From NCBI GenBank assembly GCA_965218425.1, contig OZ244621.1, positions 1,856,001-1,920,000 of the forward strand: a stretch of 64,000 bases of DNA, written 5' to 3'. Each line of letters starts with the position of its first letter. The first letter of the stretch is position 1. Of this stretch, positions 55,187-63,281 are shown in pieces. A model generated the notes under the pieces. It was given only the letters and a program-made list of their open reading frames with translations. It was not told the DNA's origin and searched no databases. A program made the position numbers and the translations under genes. This DNA is from an uncultured Candidatus Binatia bacterium (GTDB lineage Bacteria; Desulfobacterota; Binatia; UBA9968; CAXXLF01).

Positions 55187-55522
55187 CTAGTCCATACCTT
55201 TTAGTACGACGACGGTTGAACCCCATCCACCGGACTGTGGCGGCGCGTCTTTGAAGGAAGAAACTAGAGGGTTCTTTGCGAGGACCGACTGGACGATTCG
55301 CCTTTGAACGCCCTTGCCCTTTCCATGGATAACGCGGACTTCAGATAATCCTGCCTGGTGACACTGATGAATGTATTCTTCCACCACGCTGGGGATATCT
55401 CTGGGGGCGAAGGCGTGCAAATCAATGGAGTCCTCTAGAGGTAGGACAATGGGCTCGTCGAAGGGAGAATCATCCGATTCAGTAGCAGGGGGTTGCGGTG
55501 GATCTGTCCTCTTCCGGCTCAT
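55187..55522 (-). CDS. Smr/MutS2 C-terminal domain protein
   Basis: IDLH, RVIHGKGKG, GGWGST.V. Confidence 0.92.
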   Translation of the reverse strand: MSRKRTDPPQPPATESDDSPFDEPIVLPLEDSIDLHAFAPRDIPSVVEEYIHQCHQAGLSEVRVIHGKGKGVQRRIVQSVLAKNPLVSSFKDAPPQSGGWGSTVVVLKGMD

Positions 55523-55534
55523 TTTCAAAAAGTT

Positions 55535-55685
55535 TTTCGCGCCAAGACGCAAAGAGCGCCAAGATTTATTAACCGCGGATTAACGCGGATGAGCACGGAC
55601 AAAAGCCGGGCCTTTTGCCCGATCGTCGTCTCCCGATTGGGCAAAAATTTTTCCCTCAGCGTACTTTGCGTCTGTGCGGTGAATC
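55535..55685. repeat. Second composite element with 9-nt-periodic inverted repeats
   Basis: TTCGCGCCAAGACGCAAAGAGCGCCAAG pairs imperfectly with CTCAGCGTACTTTGCGTCTGTGCGGTGAA; the nested ATTAACCGCGGATTAACGCGGATGAGCACGGA resembles the left arm at 50034. Confidence 0.6.
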
Positions 55686-55768
55686 ATGATCTACGATAGT
55701 CGGGGAAAATTGCGGTTGATTGATCCTAACGCTTTGCGCTATGCGCTTTGCTCCTTTCATGCCGGCCG

Positions 55769-56077
55769 CTAATCCAGATCGATATCCTTCAACGGTTTTG
55801 TGATGGGTTCCTCCTTGGCCTTCTTGAGGAGGTCCTGAAATTTACGATCCAAGACTTTCCCCTTGCTCTTTTCCGCTTCCTTTAATTGTTGGTATTTCTC
55901 GTCACGGCGGGTGGCCTCTTCCTCAAGCATCCTGGGGGCGTCCTTTAGCTGAGCCACGGGGTGGGGTCTGGCGGGGACTTTGTGTTCCAGCACTGCCGCC
56001 AGCGCCGTATCTATGGTGAGGGTGGCTTCGCAGCAAGGGCAGGTCACCTGTATGGTAGAGGCGTTTTTATTTGACAT
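55769..56077 (-). CDS. Hypothetical protein, N-terminal CPCC ribbon plus coiled coil
   Basis: V.CPCC.A.L.ID, helical C-terminus ending DIDLD; GAGGAG RBS. Confidence 0.7.
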   Translation of the reverse strand: MSNKNASTIQVTCPCCEATLTIDTALAAVLEHKVPARPHPVAQLKDAPRMLEEEATRRDEKYQQLKEAEKSKGKVLDRKFQDLLKKAKEEPITKPLKDIDLD

Positions 56078-56101
56078 TGGTCAGTTCTCCTCATTCGCCC
56101 A

Positions 56102-56470
56102 TTATCCCCTGATTTCGATCAGTTCTCCATCGGGGCCTCGAAAGACTACCCTTCGCCAACCCTCTTCCCTCTTCTCCCGTGCAGCCGTGGGGTGAGATTT
56201 CTGTGCGATTTCGACGCCTTTGTTCTCGAGCTCGGCAACCGCCCCATCGAAATGGTCCGTTTCCAGACAGAAATGAAAGCCTTTCATGGGGCCATCGGAC
56301 CGATGAGTGAGTTCCAGCACCGTGTCACCCAGCTTGAGATAGGCGATCTTCATGCCGTTACCCGCTGCATGTTGGAAGTATTTCTTAAAGCCGAATGTGA
56401 GTTCATAAAAATCCACCGAGCGGTCCAAGTCTTTCACATGCAGCGCCACATGGTCGATACGCTTGTACAT
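56102..56470 (-). CDS. VOC/glyoxalase family protein
   Basis: IDHVAL.V.DL..S..FY..FG, LEL, HFCL, F.GPDGELIE. Confidence 0.9.
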   Translation of the reverse strand: MYKRIDHVALHVKDLDRSVDFYELTFGFKKYFQHAAGNGMKIAYLKLGDTVLELTHRSDGPMKGFHFCLETDHFDGAVAELENKGVEIAQKSHPTAAREKREEGWRRVVFRGPDGELIEIRG

Positions 56471-56707
56471 GACGTCTCACCTCCCGTTCAGCATACTATT
56501 TCGTATGCCGGTTTTGCAAAACCGTCCATCTCTTGGACGCTTGATTGATAAGCGTAAAATTGGTACTGAAATGTAAGGGTGAAGCTAACACAGAGAACTT
56601 CTCCCTTCAACGCCGTTTGCGGCGCCCGAGCGCCTAACTGTTGATTTCAGTCACAGGCAAAGACCAACTCCAAATTCGCCACAGCAATAAAAAGGCTATT
56701 GGACGCC

Positions 56708-57406
56708 ATGCCGATTTATAAGTTAATCGATGATGTCGTGTTTCCGCACCCCAGTGACGCCCAACAGGACGGGCTCTTGGCCGTGGGTGGAGACCTGAGT
56801 GCAAAGCGGGTCTTGGCAGGCTACCAGATGGGTATCTTCCCGTGGTACTCGGACGGACAGCCCATTCTATGGTGGTCTCCCGACCCCCGCACGATCTTCG
56901 AACCCGATAGTATCATCATCTCCAAAGCGCTGCGCCAGACGCTGAAAAAGGGTGTCTATGAGGTCACCTTCGATAAGGCTTTTGTGGATGTCATAAAAGC
57001 CTGTAAAGAAGTGCCTCGAAAAGGGCAGCAGGGAACCTGGATCACGTCGGAGATGCAGAAGGCCTATATCCATTTGCACGAACTGGGATATGCCCACTCG
57101 GTGGAGAGTTGGTCCGAGGGGGAACTGGCGGGAGGTCTTTACGGGGTGTCCCTGGGAAGGTGCTTTTTCGGTGAGTCGATGTTTTTTCGCAAGACGGATG
57201 CCTCGAAGGTCGCGTTGGTGGTTTTACTGCAGCGATTAAAGGCATGGGGCTTTCAAGTGATCGATGCGCAGATGACCAATCAACATCTTTTGAGCCTGGG
57301 GGCCAAAAATGTGCCGCGGGATGTATTTCTCAGTCGGTTGAAAGAGGCGCTGCGCTTTCCCACCCTCAAGGGGGGCTGGGACGGAACCACGGGATCCTAC
57401 ATGTAA
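56708..57406 (+). CDS. aat: Leucyl/phenylalanyl-tRNA--protein transferase
   Basis: GLLAVGGDL, GIFPW, WWSPDPR, TWIT, AHSVE, GGLYG, FFGESMF, ASKVA. Confidence 0.95.
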   Translation: MPIYKLIDDVVFPHPSDAQQDGLLAVGGDLSAKRVLAGYQMGIFPWYSDGQPILWWSPDPRTIFEPDSIIISKALRQTLKKGVYEVTFDKAFVDVIKACKEVPRKGQQGTWITSEMQKAYIHLHELGYAHSVESWSEGELAGGLYGVSLGRCFFGESMFFRKTDASKVALVVLLQRLKAWGFQVIDAQMTNQHLLSLGAKNVPRDVFLSRLKEALRFPTLKGGWDGTTGSYM

Positions 57407-57705
57407 TGGGGCCGGACCCCGGCTTCCACGGTCTCCGCGGGGGACGAGTCTTCCGGTCGCGGGCAACAGGCCGTTGAATATCTGAAGCTCTACGTTCCAT
57501 GCCCGCGCCCTTCATCCTCATTCCCCTCGTCGACTTGCATTCTCTGTCACTCAGTACTCAGCACTTTTTACTCGTGCCTAACTTAGGAGCGAGCCCCGGT
57601 TCGGCAGTGGTCAACTCTAAGGCTCAGACCCGAAACGAGTCCGCCGTCGGTGCCCGGCCGCGGGCAAACTGTGAGGGTAGGTACTAGATGAGTGAATGAG
57701 TTCGC

Positions 57706-58965
57706 TTAGCTGCCTGGGCAACGGCCGGTGTTTAGATGAGACTCGAAATCGCCGTGGAATAGCTTCACGGCGCTCTCGATGGGCGGTCCGGGCATGTTAA
57801 TCAGTGCGCAAAATCCCTTTCCCCTGTTGAAGGCAAGGACTTTGCCCGGTTGATCCAGGAGGGCTGCCTGCCCCTCACCCTGTTGGACCTTCTTGAGGAT
57901 TGCCACCAGCATGTTGGTTTCCATGCGGCAGGCTGGGCATTGATCGCAGGACTCCCGCGCAAAAAATTCCGCAATGTTCAGGGTATCCTCAACAAGGCAC
58001 TGTCCCTCGGTGATAAAGCGGACCACACCGCAGCCGATGGAAGAGCCCATATCGCGGTAACTCTGGTGGTCCATCGGTGCGTCCAGCGTATCGGGCAGGA
58101 GAAAGGCCGTAGAAGGGCCGCCGGGCTGGATAGCCTTGATGGTCTTGTTGCCCTTGATTCCACCGCCGCATTCCTCCAGCAAAAAGCGTAGTGGAGTGCC
58201 GAAGGGCAGCTCGTAGACTCCCGGTCGTTCCACTTCCTCATTCAAGGAGAAGATCATGGTGCCCGGGCTCTCCGCGGTTCCGAAGCTCCGGTACCACTGT
58301 GCGCCTTTAGCCAGGATTGGCGCCAGGTTCGCCAGTGTCTCCACGTTGTTGACGGTGCTGGGCTTGGCAAAAAGCCCCGCGGTGGCGGGGAAGGGCGGCT
58401 TCTCCCGGGGCTTTGGTTCTCTGCCCTCCAGTGCCTCCAGTGCCGCGGTATCCTCCCCGGCCACATAGTTGGTGGACGCCGCGTGAACGACAATATCGAG
58501 GTCAAAATTGCCGCCCAGTATCTTGCTTCCCAGATAGCCGGCCTTTTCCGCTTCGGCCAGGGCCTCGGTCATGCTCCGGGTCGCGGCCTTGTAGTCCTGA
58601 TTGATGTAGAGATAAGCCTTCGACGCCCCGACGGCATAGGCGGCGAGGACAACGCCCTCCAGCACCAGGTGAGGGAGGTTTTCCATCAGGAGACGATCTT
58701 TTTTGCTTCCCGGTTCGTCTTCGCCGCCATTGAGCACGACGTAATGAGGTTGCTCCCCGCACTCGGCGGTAATAGCCATTTTCTTTCCCGTGGGAAATCC
58801 GGCCCCTCCACGGCCCTTGAGTCCGGACTCGGTCACCTCTTTGATGATGGCGTCAGGAGAGCCCTTAACGGCTTTTTTAAGGGCGCCGTAGCCGCCCCGC
58901 GCCTGGTAGTCTTTAAGTCCCTCTTTTCCTTCCACGATCCCCCGTGGGAAGAGAATTCCCTCCAT
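57706..58965 (-). CDS. Stand-alone NuoF-like FMN/[4Fe-4S] NAD(P)H oxidoreductase subunit
   Basis: SGLKGRGGAGFPTG, EDEPG..KDR, YVAGEDTA, KPPFP, NNVETLAN, ESCDQCPACR...C; no other nuo genes adjacent. Confidence 0.9.
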   Translation of the reverse strand: MEGILFPRGIVEGKEGLKDYQARGGYGALKKAVKGSPDAIIKEVTESGLKGRGGAGFPTGKKMAITAECGEQPHYVVLNGGEDEPGSKKDRLLMENLPHLVLEGVVLAAYAVGASKAYLYINQDYKAATRSMTEALAEAEKAGYLGSKILGGNFDLDIVVHAASTNYVAGEDTAALEALEGREPKPREKPPFPATAGLFAKPSTVNNVETLANLAPILAKGAQWYRSFGTAESPGTMIFSLNEEVERPGVYELPFGTPLRFLLEECGGGIKGNKTIKAIQPGGPSTAFLLPDTLDAPMDHQSYRDMGSSIGCGVVRFITEGQCLVEDTLNIAEFFARESCDQCPACRMETNMLVAILKKVQQGEGQAALLDQPGKVLAFNRGKGFCALINMPGPPIESAVKLFHGDFESHLNTGRCPGS

Positions 58966-58973
58966 GGGCCCTC

Positions 58974-59294
58974 CTAGAAAATACCGGTATCGAGTAGCTG
59001 GTAGATGAGGTCTTTGAGTGAGCTGTCGATCGTGTCGAGTCGTTTGACGTCGGGTCCGCCCGAGAGATGCTCAACGATTTCATCCACGTCCTCCATCTTG
59101 ACTCCGGCGTACCAGGTCTTTTCGGGGTAAAGGACGATGTTGGGGCCTTCCTGGCAGGCGCCGAAGCACATGTACGATTTGACCTCCACATCGCTGAGGC
59201 CCTTTTCATTCGCCTTCTTCTCGATCTCTTTCATGATCTCTTCAGAACCCCGACTCTTGCAATCGATATTCTGACAGACTAGACAGATGGACAT
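58974..59294 (-). CDS. Thioredoxin-like [2Fe-2S] ferredoxin (NuoE C-terminal-like)
   Basis: C-x4-C...CFGAC..GPN..YP...WY..V...D..EIV.H. Confidence 0.88.
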   Translation of the reverse strand: MSICLVCQNIDCKSRGSEEIMKEIEKKANEKGLSDVEVKSYMCFGACQEGPNIVLYPEKTWYAGVKMEDVDEIVEHLSGGPDVKRLDTIDSSLKDLIYQLLDTGIF

Positions 59295-59347
59295 CGCTGA
59301 ATAATCTCCTTCCCTGGGGGCTGAACTCGAGGGTGGCTCTTCGGGGA

Positions 59348-60448
59348 TCAGTTCATCTGCAGAACCCAGTCCTTGTCCTTGAAGATTTCGCTCAACCGGC
59401 GCTCATCTTCCTCCGTAGGCAACGACTCGGTCAAGTGCTTCTCATAGTCCTGTTGAGAGAGTAGCCGGCCGTCCACACCGTATGTCTTGCCCGCATGCTC
59501 GCCGATGGAGCGATGGAACTTCAAGTCAGGAACGGTCAACTTGGGTTCCCCCTCAGGAATAGACTGGTTTAGGGATTCCACCAAGCCTCGAGCTTCCTTA
59601 AGGTATTGCTCCAACGCCAGCTCGTTGAGGCGTCCCTTGTCCGGTTCTTCCTTGCGTTCATGCTCATCGTAACGGCCCTTGAGGCCCCAGACATAGGCCC
59701 ACTGTGCAGAGGAGGATTGAGTGGTGCCGAAGAGGTCGTAGGCCGTGGACAGCCACTTGTTAAAGTATTTCTGAACGATGGGGAGGGGAATTTTTTGCGC
59801 CTTGACGATGCGGGTCAGTCCCGTGTTCCCGGTAAACATGTGGAAGAACTCTTCCTTCAGCATGGCCGTTACGCTCTCGGCAAGCGGGGCGAAGGCGGAG
59901 TGGCTCAGCATGGTGAGCTGGTACTTCCCGTCGCGGTCCACGAACTGAGTGTAGGTAAAGAAGTCGAGCCAGTTGCTCACGGGCCGGTTAAAAGAGCCCA
60001 GGAGACGATTTCCCTGTCCCGCACGGCGTTGCAGCAGCTTTTCCGCCTCGCGTTTCCCGGTATCGCCGAAATAGGTTACCAGCAAGTAGCACATCTGCCA
60101 TCCGTGGCGCATCTCCTCGCTGTTGACCCGGATGAGCGCGGCGCGGTCGTAATCCGTGGGCGCGGCATCCAGGAGGTTCTTTTGCTGTTCCACCGAGGCG
60201 AATTCCGTGTCTCCCTGATAAACGATCAGGTTCAGCAGGGCGTCCGTAATGGTTTGGTTGGGGATCTGAGTCGTCCTTTTCCACTTCGGCTGTCCTTTAA
60301 AATCGCCGAATTCGATTTCAGCGGCATGGAGCTCGCCGAGCTTGGTCTCGAATTTGTAGTCTCCCAAAAGCGTCGCGTCATAGCCGATGTCCCTATGCCA
60401 TTCGTGGAAACAGTCGATCCAGTCATCGAAAGTAGCGATTCTCGCCAT
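59348..60448 (-). CDS. BoxB-like di-iron aryl-CoA epoxidase (PaaA/BoxB ferritin-like family)
   Basis: QGDTE.ASVEQQ, EEMRH, DRDGKYQL, PLA...ML.EEFFHMF.G, DLFG...S, GLKGR: BoxB-type di-iron ligand pattern. Confidence 0.85.
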   Translation of the reverse strand: MARIATFDDWIDCFHEWHRDIGYDATLLGDYKFETKLGELHAAEIEFGDFKGQPKWKRTTQIPNQTITDALLNLIVYQGDTEFASVEQQKNLLDAAPTDYDRAALIRVNSEEMRHGWQMCYLLVTYFGDTGKREAEKLLQRRAGQGNRLLGSFNRPVSNWLDFFTYTQFVDRDGKYQLTMLSHSAFAPLAESVTAMLKEEFFHMFTGNTGLTRIVKAQKIPLPIVQKYFNKWLSTAYDLFGTTQSSSAQWAYVWGLKGRYDEHERKEEPDKGRLNELALEQYLKEARGLVESLNQSIPEGEPKLTVPDLKFHRSIGEHAGKTYGVDGRLLSQQDYEKHLTESLPTEEDERRLSEIFKDKDWVLQMN

Positions 60449-60476
60449 TGGCTTTCCTCCTCCGGGGTCTAATTAG

Positions 60477-60494
60477 TTCGAACGATCGTTCGAA
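60477..60494. promoter_or_regulatory. Perfect 18-bp palindromic operator
   Basis: TTCGAACGATCGTTCGAA, 28 nt upstream of the boxB-like start. Confidence 0.8.
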
Positions 60495-60521
60495 TGTATG
60501 AACTGGAGCCGTGAAAGTCAA
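60493..60521 (-). promoter_or_regulatory. sigma70-type promoter of the boxB-like operon
   Basis: Minus strand TTGACT-N17-TACATT. Confidence 0.7.
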
Positions 60522-60682
60522 CCCCGTCGGCGGCACTTGATCCCAAGACGTATTGGTGACTGGAACTTTAAGGATTTTTTCTTTTGATGTCAAATAGTTG
60601 GCAGCTTCACCCCAAAGCGTTCCCATGAGCTGGGAACGTCGATCCGGCCGGATAGTTGAGCCGATGCCGGAACGGCCGTCCC

Positions 60683-62770
60683 TTACTCCGGTAGAGGCCC
60701 CCGTTTCTTTGCCAGTTCGGCCTTTGCGGCTTCAACGACGCTCGCCGCAGTGAAGCCGAACCTTTTCTGAAGGTCCTTGAGCGGGGCGGAAGCCCCGAAA
60801 GACTTCATGCCGATCATCCGGCCCGTGGGGCCGGCGTACTTGGCCCACCCGAAGGTGGAGGCCTGTTCCACTGAAACTCGCGCGGTCACCGAGGGTGGAA
60901 TCACACTGTCCCGGTAGGCTTCCTCCTGTTCGTCGAACAGCTCCCATGACGGCATGCTGACCACCCGTGACTCGATTCCCTCGGTTTTGAGCTGCTCGTA
61001 GGCGTCCACGCATAGCGGGACCTCGCTGCCGCTGGCCAGCAAAAGGACCTCGGGTTTGCCGTCGTCCGCATCGGCCAGGACATAGGCGCCTCGTTTCACC
61101 CCCTCGGCGCAGGCGTACTTGGTGCGGTCCAGCGTGGGCAATGCCTGACGGGTCAGGATGAGGGCCGCGGGTGCATGGCGGAGGTTCATGATGACCTTCC
61201 AGGCCTCCACCACTTCATTGGCGTCCCCCGGGCGCACCGCGATGAAACCGGGTATGGCGCGGATGGAGGCCAGCTGCTCCACGGGCTGGTGGGTTGGTCC
61301 ATCCTCGCCCACGCCGATGCTGTCATGGGTAAAGACGTGAATGGTGGGTATTTCCATCAACGCGCTGAGCCGGATCGCGGCCCGGCTGTAATCACTGAAG
61401 ATGAGAAACCCCGAACCATAGGCCCGCACCTTCACCAGCGCCATCCCGTTCAATATGCAGCCCATGGCGTGTTCCCGGACGCCGAAGTGAAGGTTCCGCC
61501 CGCCGTAGTTCTCAGCATTGAAATCCCCGGCATGGTCAAAGGCAAGCCGGGTTTTGGTGGATGGGGTCAGGTCCGCGGAGCCTCCCATCAGCCAGGGCAG
61601 GTTCTTCGCAATGGCGTTTAAGACGGCGCCCGATGCCTCTCGACCGGCCAGACCCTTGGCGTCCGCCGGAAAGCTCGGCAGGTCTTGATCCCAACCGGAC
61701 GGCAACCGGCGGTGCTGCATCCTGTGGAGGTGGTCCGCCAGGTCCGGGTGCTTCAGGCGGTATTCCTTGAGCCGCTCAAACCAGGCGTCTCGCAGGGTTT
61801 TGCTCCGTTTGCCCATGCCGCCGGTAAAATGATCGTAGACCCCGTCGGGTATCAAAAACTTCGCCTCTTGCGGCCAGCCGTAGTTGCGCTTCGTCAACCT
61901 GATCTCTTCTTCGCCCAGCGGCTCGCCGTGGGCTCCGTGGGTGTCTTGTTTGTTGGGTGAACCGTAAGCTATGTGGCTGTCCACGATGATCAGCGTGGGT
62001 CGATCCGGCGTGTTTTGAAAGGCTTGGAAGGCGCGTCGCAACGCCTCCATGTCATTTGCGTCTCCCACCCGTGTGACGTTCCAGCCGTATGCGATGAAAC
62101 GCGCGCCCACGTCTTCGCTGAACGCCAATGCGGTTTTGCCCTCGATGGTGATCCTGTTGCTGTCGTAGATCCAGCACAGATTGGAGAGCTTCAGATGACC
62201 CGCCAGGGATGCCGCCTCGCCCGTTACCCCTTCCATCATGCACCCGTCTCCGCATAGGGAATACACGTTGAAATTGATCAGGTCTTCAAAGCCGGGTCGG
62301 TTGAAGTATGCGCTCATCCACCTGCCGGCCATTGCCATGCCGACGCTCACGGCCACGCCCTGTCCCAAGGGGCCGGTGGTGGTCTCGACGCCCGACGTCA
62401 AGCGGTACTCGGGGTGGCCCGGGCAGCGGCTGTCCAGCTGGCGGAAGTTCTTGATGTCTTCCAGCGGCACCGACGGCTCGGCAAGGGTTTCGTAATCTTC
62501 GCTTACCGCCCTCGTGCCCGTCAGGTGAAGCAGCGAGTACAGCAGCATGGAGGCATGCCCTATGGAAAGTACGAACCGGTCACGGTTGGGCCAGACGGGG
62601 TCCCGGGGGTCGTAGCGGAGAAAATGCTGCCACAGGCTATAGGCCACGGGCGCCATGGCCATGGGGGTCCCGGGATGGCCGGACTTCGCCGCCTGGACCG
62701 CGTCCATGCTGAGAGTCCGTATCGTATTGATGCATAGCTCGTCGAGGTTGCTTTGAGTTGCGCGTTCCAT
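60683..62770 (-). CDS. tkt: Transketolase
   Basis: SGHPG, RDRFVLS.GH, GPLGQG, GDG...N ThDP motif, [19 protein letters not shown] before ATG 62770. Confidence 0.96.
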   Translation of the reverse strand: MERATQSNLDELCINTIRTLSMDAVQAAKSGHPGTPMAMAPVAYSLWQHFLRYDPRDPVWPNRDRFVLSIGHASMLLYSLLHLTGTRAVSEDYETLAEPSVPLEDIKNFRQLDSRCPGHPEYRLTSGVETTTGPLGQGVAVSVGMAMAGRWMSAYFNRPGFEDLINFNVYSLCGDGCMMEGVTGEAASLAGHLKLSNLCWIYDSNRITIEGKTALAFSEDVGARFIAYGWNVTRVGDANDMEALRRAFQAFQNTPDRPTLIIVDSHIAYGSPNKQDTHGAHGEPLGEEEIRLTKRNYGWPQEAKFLIPDGVYDHFTGGMGKRSKTLRDAWFERLKEYRLKHPDLADHLHRMQHRRLPSGWDQDLPSFPADAKGLAGREASGAVLNAIAKNLPWLMGGSADLTPSTKTRLAFDHAGDFNAENYGGRNLHFGVREHAMGCILNGMALVKVRAYGSGFLIFSDYSRAAIRLSALMEIPTIHVFTHDSIGVGEDGPTHQPVEQLASIRAIPGFIAVRPGDANEVVEAWKVIMNLRHAPAALILTRQALPTLDRTKYACAEGVKRGAYVLADADDGKPEVLLLASGSEVPLCVDAYEQLKTEGIESRVVSMPSWELFDEQEEAYRDSVIPPSVTARVSVEQASTFGWAKYAGPTGRMIGMKSFGASAPLKDLQKRFGFTAASVVEAAKAELAKKRGPLPE

Positions 62771-62809
62771 GTCTGACTCCTTCCATACGTAGTCGCTGTC
62801 GGTGGAACC

Positions 62810-63031
62810 GGCGCCGGCCGTTGATTGCGGGCGTATCCTCTCCATGCTCGCGGAGGTGCCGTTCGTGTTCCGTGAGTATAGTGCGGATGGCCCGCTCGGC
62901 ATAGGCGGCTCGGGCGCCCGGGCGAGGCGCCCGGTCGATTACGTCGTTGACCGGGTGAAAACGGTCTAGACCATTCGACGCGCACATGTCAAAGGGAGCG
63001 GTGGTGCTCCCTCCTTCTTGTAGCCCCGCAA
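62810..63031 (-). pseudogene. C-terminal remnant of phosphoketolase (Xfp)
   Basis: RGYKKEG/(frameshift)STTAPFDM...N.LDRFH...DVIDR.P...ARAAY...EH...EHGED. Confidence 0.75.
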
Positions 63032-63281
63032 GCCTTGAGTTCTTTTTCGGATATTTCACCCATGATCCCCTACTGAACCGACGTTGAGATGCGGGATTGT
63101 CTAAGACCCGGTGCTCTTGAACCGCCCCTGGTGGTTTGTCGCCCGTTAAAACTACCAGTTTTTGAGCCGGGACTCTACGTTGTCGAGACGACTCCGGGCG
63201 CGCGGCGGAGGTCGGAGTCCGGCAGCATGGGACGGGGATCCGGCAGGGCATGCGTCCTTGTCATATGCACAGCCCCGTGCG

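Noticed and set aside
57706..59294. Respiratory complex I, hydrogenase or formate dehydrogenase operon
   Set aside because: No other nuo, hox or fdh subunits are adjacent; NuoF motifs are divergent
59606..60472. 288-aa plus-strand ORF
   Set aside because: Antisense shadow of the boxB-like gene
62771..62902. N-terminal extension of transketolase
   Set aside because: Overlaps the xfp remnant; a strong RBS precedes ATG 62770
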